Source: Tubulanus polymorphus (lineage: Eukaryota; Animalia; Nemertea). Taken from it: a stretch of 64,000 bases of DNA. Position 1 is the stretch's first letter. Every line of letters begins with the position of its first letter. The notes beneath the pieces were generated by a model. That model had not been told where the DNA came from. It saw only the letters and a program-made list of their open reading frames with translations, and made no database searches. Location: NCBI RefSeq assembly GCF_964204645.1, contig NC_134027.1, positions 18,438,560-18,502,559 on the forward strand, given 5' to 3'. Made by a program: the position numbers and the translations under genes. This document shows, one piece after another, positions 60,222 through 64,000 of this stretch.

Positions 60222-61295
60222 TATTAGGTGAATCATGGATTTGTTTGCCACGTGATTCTCTAAGGTTGGTAAAGAAATGACTGTTTCTCATCTCCATCCA
60301 TAGGCAGGGATGAGAACCAGGGAGTATGAAAAAAGCAGGACTTTGGAAAATTTCTGTTTATTGCCGAAATTGCAGCTAAAATGAAATAGGCCTAAGTGAA
60401 TGTCATAGGCACAAAGCTCAATGTGGGGCCTATCCAAGAAAATGTTTGAATTCGAGATACTCTTAGATTGATTTGGGACCATTCATTCATTATATGTTGT
60501 ACGTACGCCGATATGACATCTGTACGAGTAATTTCTATTAATTACGAAAGACATAAGTTAATCGAACACTTAAAGCATTAAGAGATGCGTACGAAATGAA
60601 TGAATCATTGCTTTTAGAATATATTTTGAGAAAAAATCGAAATCAAAATACAACTACATGTAATCATGAAATCACCTAAGCTGCACACATAGGCTAGTCA
60701 GGTATGGTTTCGTACCATGGCAGTCTTGATGCCATCAGGTTCGAATCCCTTCCAGGGAAGGTGATAAGAATCAAGGGTATTTCTTTGCAATGCCTTAATG
60801 GCCTATATCGATAAAACAAATCATTGGAGATGCAATTTAACTATGAGATTTTAAACCTCCATGAATAAAAAAACCAAACTATTAGGCTAACTACTCCTGG
60901 CCAGGGCAGCTGGGGCCCTCCCCCAAGGAAATTTAAAAATTCCAAGGGGTTTTCGATGCAGCTGAGGTCCATTTTCCAGCTTTTGACTAATGACAAAAAA
61001 AGACTGCTGCCACGCAGTTGATTGTTCGTTGTCTATGTCTAGAGTCAATGAAAAGGATGACTCCTATTTGAACAACATCCCTCAAATACTGAGTGAACCA
61101 ATTTCTGCCAATTTTCTCGAAAAACCTCCTTCAGTCCTGAGTATAATCAAACTAGGTCATGATGTTATCAAATATGGCCGACTGGTGGCTTGGATTCTGA
61201 AATTACACATTTCAGTCAACCCAAAAAGTTTTATGAATAAGAGCGTTCTTATATGTCAACTGGCATGACCTATCAAATGACCTATCAAATGACCA

Positions 61296-61580
61296 AACAA
61301 GGAGCCTATCAGCTTAGAAAGCTCCACTGTGTGATTTGACGGAAGAAATAGAAGCTGCAAAACTGTAGGACTAGTAGCAATTTGAAGAAATAGAAACTCA
61401 AAGCTCTGTAACTTTACAGGCCGTGGTCATTCATACCAAATTTGGAATTGATCTGATTAAAACGCTAGGACTAGTAGCAATTTGAAGAAAAAGTTGACAG
61501 ACGCACGAATGAATGGGCGACTACGGCTGACCCCCTAACCCATCAGCTCCGTTGACCTTCGGTCACAGCAGCGCTAAAAA
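61296..61580 (-). mobile_element. Short HINE-like element, reverse orientation
   Basis: Minus strand starts TTTTTAGCGCTGCTGTGACCGAAGGTCA (hairpin), has a GTCT/CATT-like microsatellite remnant and ends ...CTCCTTGTT. Confidence 0.5.
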
Positions 61581-61740
61581 CTAGGCTATGATATTATCCA
61601 AGATGGCCGACAGTGAATGACTTAGTACCTGACCAATGCATTCACATCTTGTTCTTTGTTTTGAGGGTAACTGCAGAAATACTGCCTATAACGCACAGAT
61701 AACAGTTTAATAGATTACTTGTTATGGTTTTATAGTTATA

Positions 61741-62436
61741 CAGTAGACTCCGCATACCTCGGAGTCATACACCTCGGAATATTGCTTAGCTCAGAACAAA
61801 TCTGAAATATTTTTCTTAATGCAATTATTTCTCAAATGAAAATCTCCGAGTAGCTCGGAGTTGCATACGTCGGATTATCGCATACCTCAGAATGATTTTT
61901 TTATAAATTGAGTCCTAAAATCGTGTACCTCGGAAATTCTGAACATCGTCCCGACAATATTTTTTCAAAAACGCATCCCTAGCCTACCGCATTGCATCAT
62001 TTTTCGTTAAAGGGGCTGTTGCAAGAATGCATATAATCAGCTGATGATCGTAAGAATTGGAAGCGTACCAGTCGTGCTAGTTCTCGGCTGTCTTTAATAC
62101 GAATAGCCAATTGAATGGATGTAGGCGGAGCTATAGACTTGTCACTGCACATCAAACCCACATGTTTTTAAATTCTCTCAACTGGGAAGGAGGGGCTTTA
62201 CTTGGTGTACTACAGTACGATGTTTCGATTGAAAAGATGACAAGTCAAATCTCTCAGGGGAGGGGATATGAGGTTTTGATTGAAATAACAATAAAAGCCT
62301 GTCGGATATGGTACATTATTCAACATAGATTAGTATAAGAAGGATAATTTGAGCCCAAGTGTCAGCACCTCGGAAATCGCATACCTCAGAAAAAATTTTG
62401 CAGTCCCAAGAATTCCGAGGTAAGCGGAGTCTACTG
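61741..62436. mobile_element. Tc1/mariner (pogo/Tigger-like) MITE, TA TSD
   Basis: TA-CAGTAGACTCCGCATACCTCGGA ... TCCGAGGTAAGCGGAGTCTACTG-TA; repeated ACCTCGGA subterminal motifs. Confidence 0.88.
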
Positions 62437-62530
62437 TAGACAGACAGCCATATTTGATAACATCATGACCTTGTTTGATCACATGGTACACCATCCCATT
62501 TCACATTCTCATATGAAAAATAAAGCACTA

Positions 62531-62955
62531 GGGAGTGTTCACAAATTACGTACCTCAAAATCTCCCGTTTTTCTAACCCCCTTGTACCACCTTTGTACCA
62601 AATTCACTGACCCCCCTCTTATATTGATGCAAAGAACACAGATCAAAACAAAATATAAATACCTGATTCCAATGATGTACCAACAAGTGCGTGAAAGATC
62701 GATACTGGTACCAGAAACAAACTCCTGGTACCTCTACATTTTGTTATACCAAGCACACAGAACAAAAGTCTGATATGAAATAAATGACACAACACAAGAA
62801 TTAAGCAAGTATCAATCTTGGTATGTACCAAGATTGATTAATACCCCCTCCCTTAAAGTAAGTACCTTTTTTGCTGACCCCCTCTCCCATGTACCACTTA
62901 ATACCAAAATTCAGAAATCCCTCCCAATTAAGGTATGTAATTTATGAATGCTCCC
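62531..62955. mobile_element. PIF/Harbinger-type MITE, 3-bp TSD CTA
   Basis: CTA-GGGAGTGTTCACAAATTACGTACC ... GGTATGTAATTTATGAATGCTCCC-CTA. Confidence 0.78.
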
Positions 62956-63454
62956 CTACATGGAATATTATATCAGTTGGTAGACAGAAATATACATTTT
63001 CAGAATCCAAGATGGCCACCAATTGTGGTATGTCAAGTGTTCACAAGAAGCCTGAGTGGCGAAGCAGGCTAGAAAATTAAATAATTTTCTGATAACTCAT
63101 GAACACTCCACAATAGATGGTTGAGGTTAGATATACTCGGTCAGAGTCCTAAAAGTTAAGTCAAGAATCTGAAAGCGTTAAAGAGTAACACGGTCCTGAA
63201 TAATTCGAGGTCTCAATAGGACAGTACCAGTTGCCATCCCTTGTTCAAGTGTTCAGTACTTTGCTTTTATGGAAAGAAAATTAAAATCTTCTAACTTAAC
63301 CTACAGGCACTGATGTCCCCGTGGTGGCAGATAATATATGGAAAAAATTAAATTGTCTCACAACAAAAGGTTTGGTTTTCCATGGCTTGTATGAACCCTG
63401 ATTTGATATAATCACGCCTACTGGCCTGATTTTAATCATGTGTTCCGAAATCTC

Positions 63455-63686
63455 TTACGATTCATCTTTATCAGTTTCTGCATCAGATGCAGCATCTTCA
63501 GATTCATCTAAACTTTCATCATCGTCCTCACGATCTGATGTGTTACTTGTATTTACAGAATTCGTCGAAGATGAATTTGAATTTTGAATTTTTGGTTTAT
63601 AATCAGTTATTATAACGGTCACATTGTTTACGGTTACTGCCATATGCTGAGCACTTGTGCGGTCTATATTTTTCAAACGAGGTGAC
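63455..63686 (-). CDS. YAF2: RYBP/YAF2 family protein, last coding exon (YAF2_RYBP domain plus Ser/acidic tail); upstream exons not found in window
   Basis: Minus-strand acceptor ctttcatacAG at 63687-63688. Peptide [32 protein letters not shown] resembles human YAF2/RYBP RPRLKNVDRS(S/T)AQ..VTVG..TVIITDFKEK. RYBP versus YAF2 naming cannot be resolved. Confidence 0.9.
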
Positions 63687-64000
63687 CTGTATGAAAGATA
63701 AAATACATGTACAATGAAGCTGGTCATCTATCTGTAACAAGTTCCTAATATTTCAAACAAAAAGAGAAAAGTTATGTCAATTTGATTACCGGTAAGTTAT
63801 TTGAAACTTGTTCATATTATATAGGACTATGCATAAAATAATAGCTAAGCTTGGTACTAAGTATCCTCGGCATTACATACAAGCGTTTTGCCGAAGTCAA
63901 ATTTGGCCTGACCAAAAAAGTCAGACCAGGCCCCCCAAGAAAAGTTGTGTTACTAATTAAAACATGTGAATTGAGATTCCGCAAGTGATTCACTTGCGCG

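Overview
AT-rich animal genomic DNA, probably a marine invertebrate (inference). The + strand carries the 3' ~three quarters of a nucleoporin NUP93 gene: 16 coding exons between 2076 and 52029, spliced in frame to 629 aa plus stop, with the N-terminus upstream of the window. The last coding exon of a convergent RYBP/YAF2 gene lies on the - strand at 63455-63686. Introns are either tiny (76-115 nt) or expanded by transposons, often nested. These include several Helentron-associated non-autonomous (HINE/DINE-1-like) families, TA-, TTAA-, 3-bp- and 5-bp-TSD MITEs, a decayed intron-containing hAT5-type transposon, a near full-length antisense CR1/L2-group LINE, an RNase H-bearing LINE relic and a BEL/Pao LTR relic. 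The most notable signals are three. (1) The dominant HINE family carries a ~154-bp-period array in which each unit holds a near-consensus CTCF motif, preceded by YY1-like motifs. (2) Two ~130-160 bp insertions flanked by direct repeats contain minimal Penelope-type hammerhead ribozyme cores. (3) Two whole introns appear to be single transposon shells filled by nested insertions. All family assignments come from motif recognition by eye; no database search was run.
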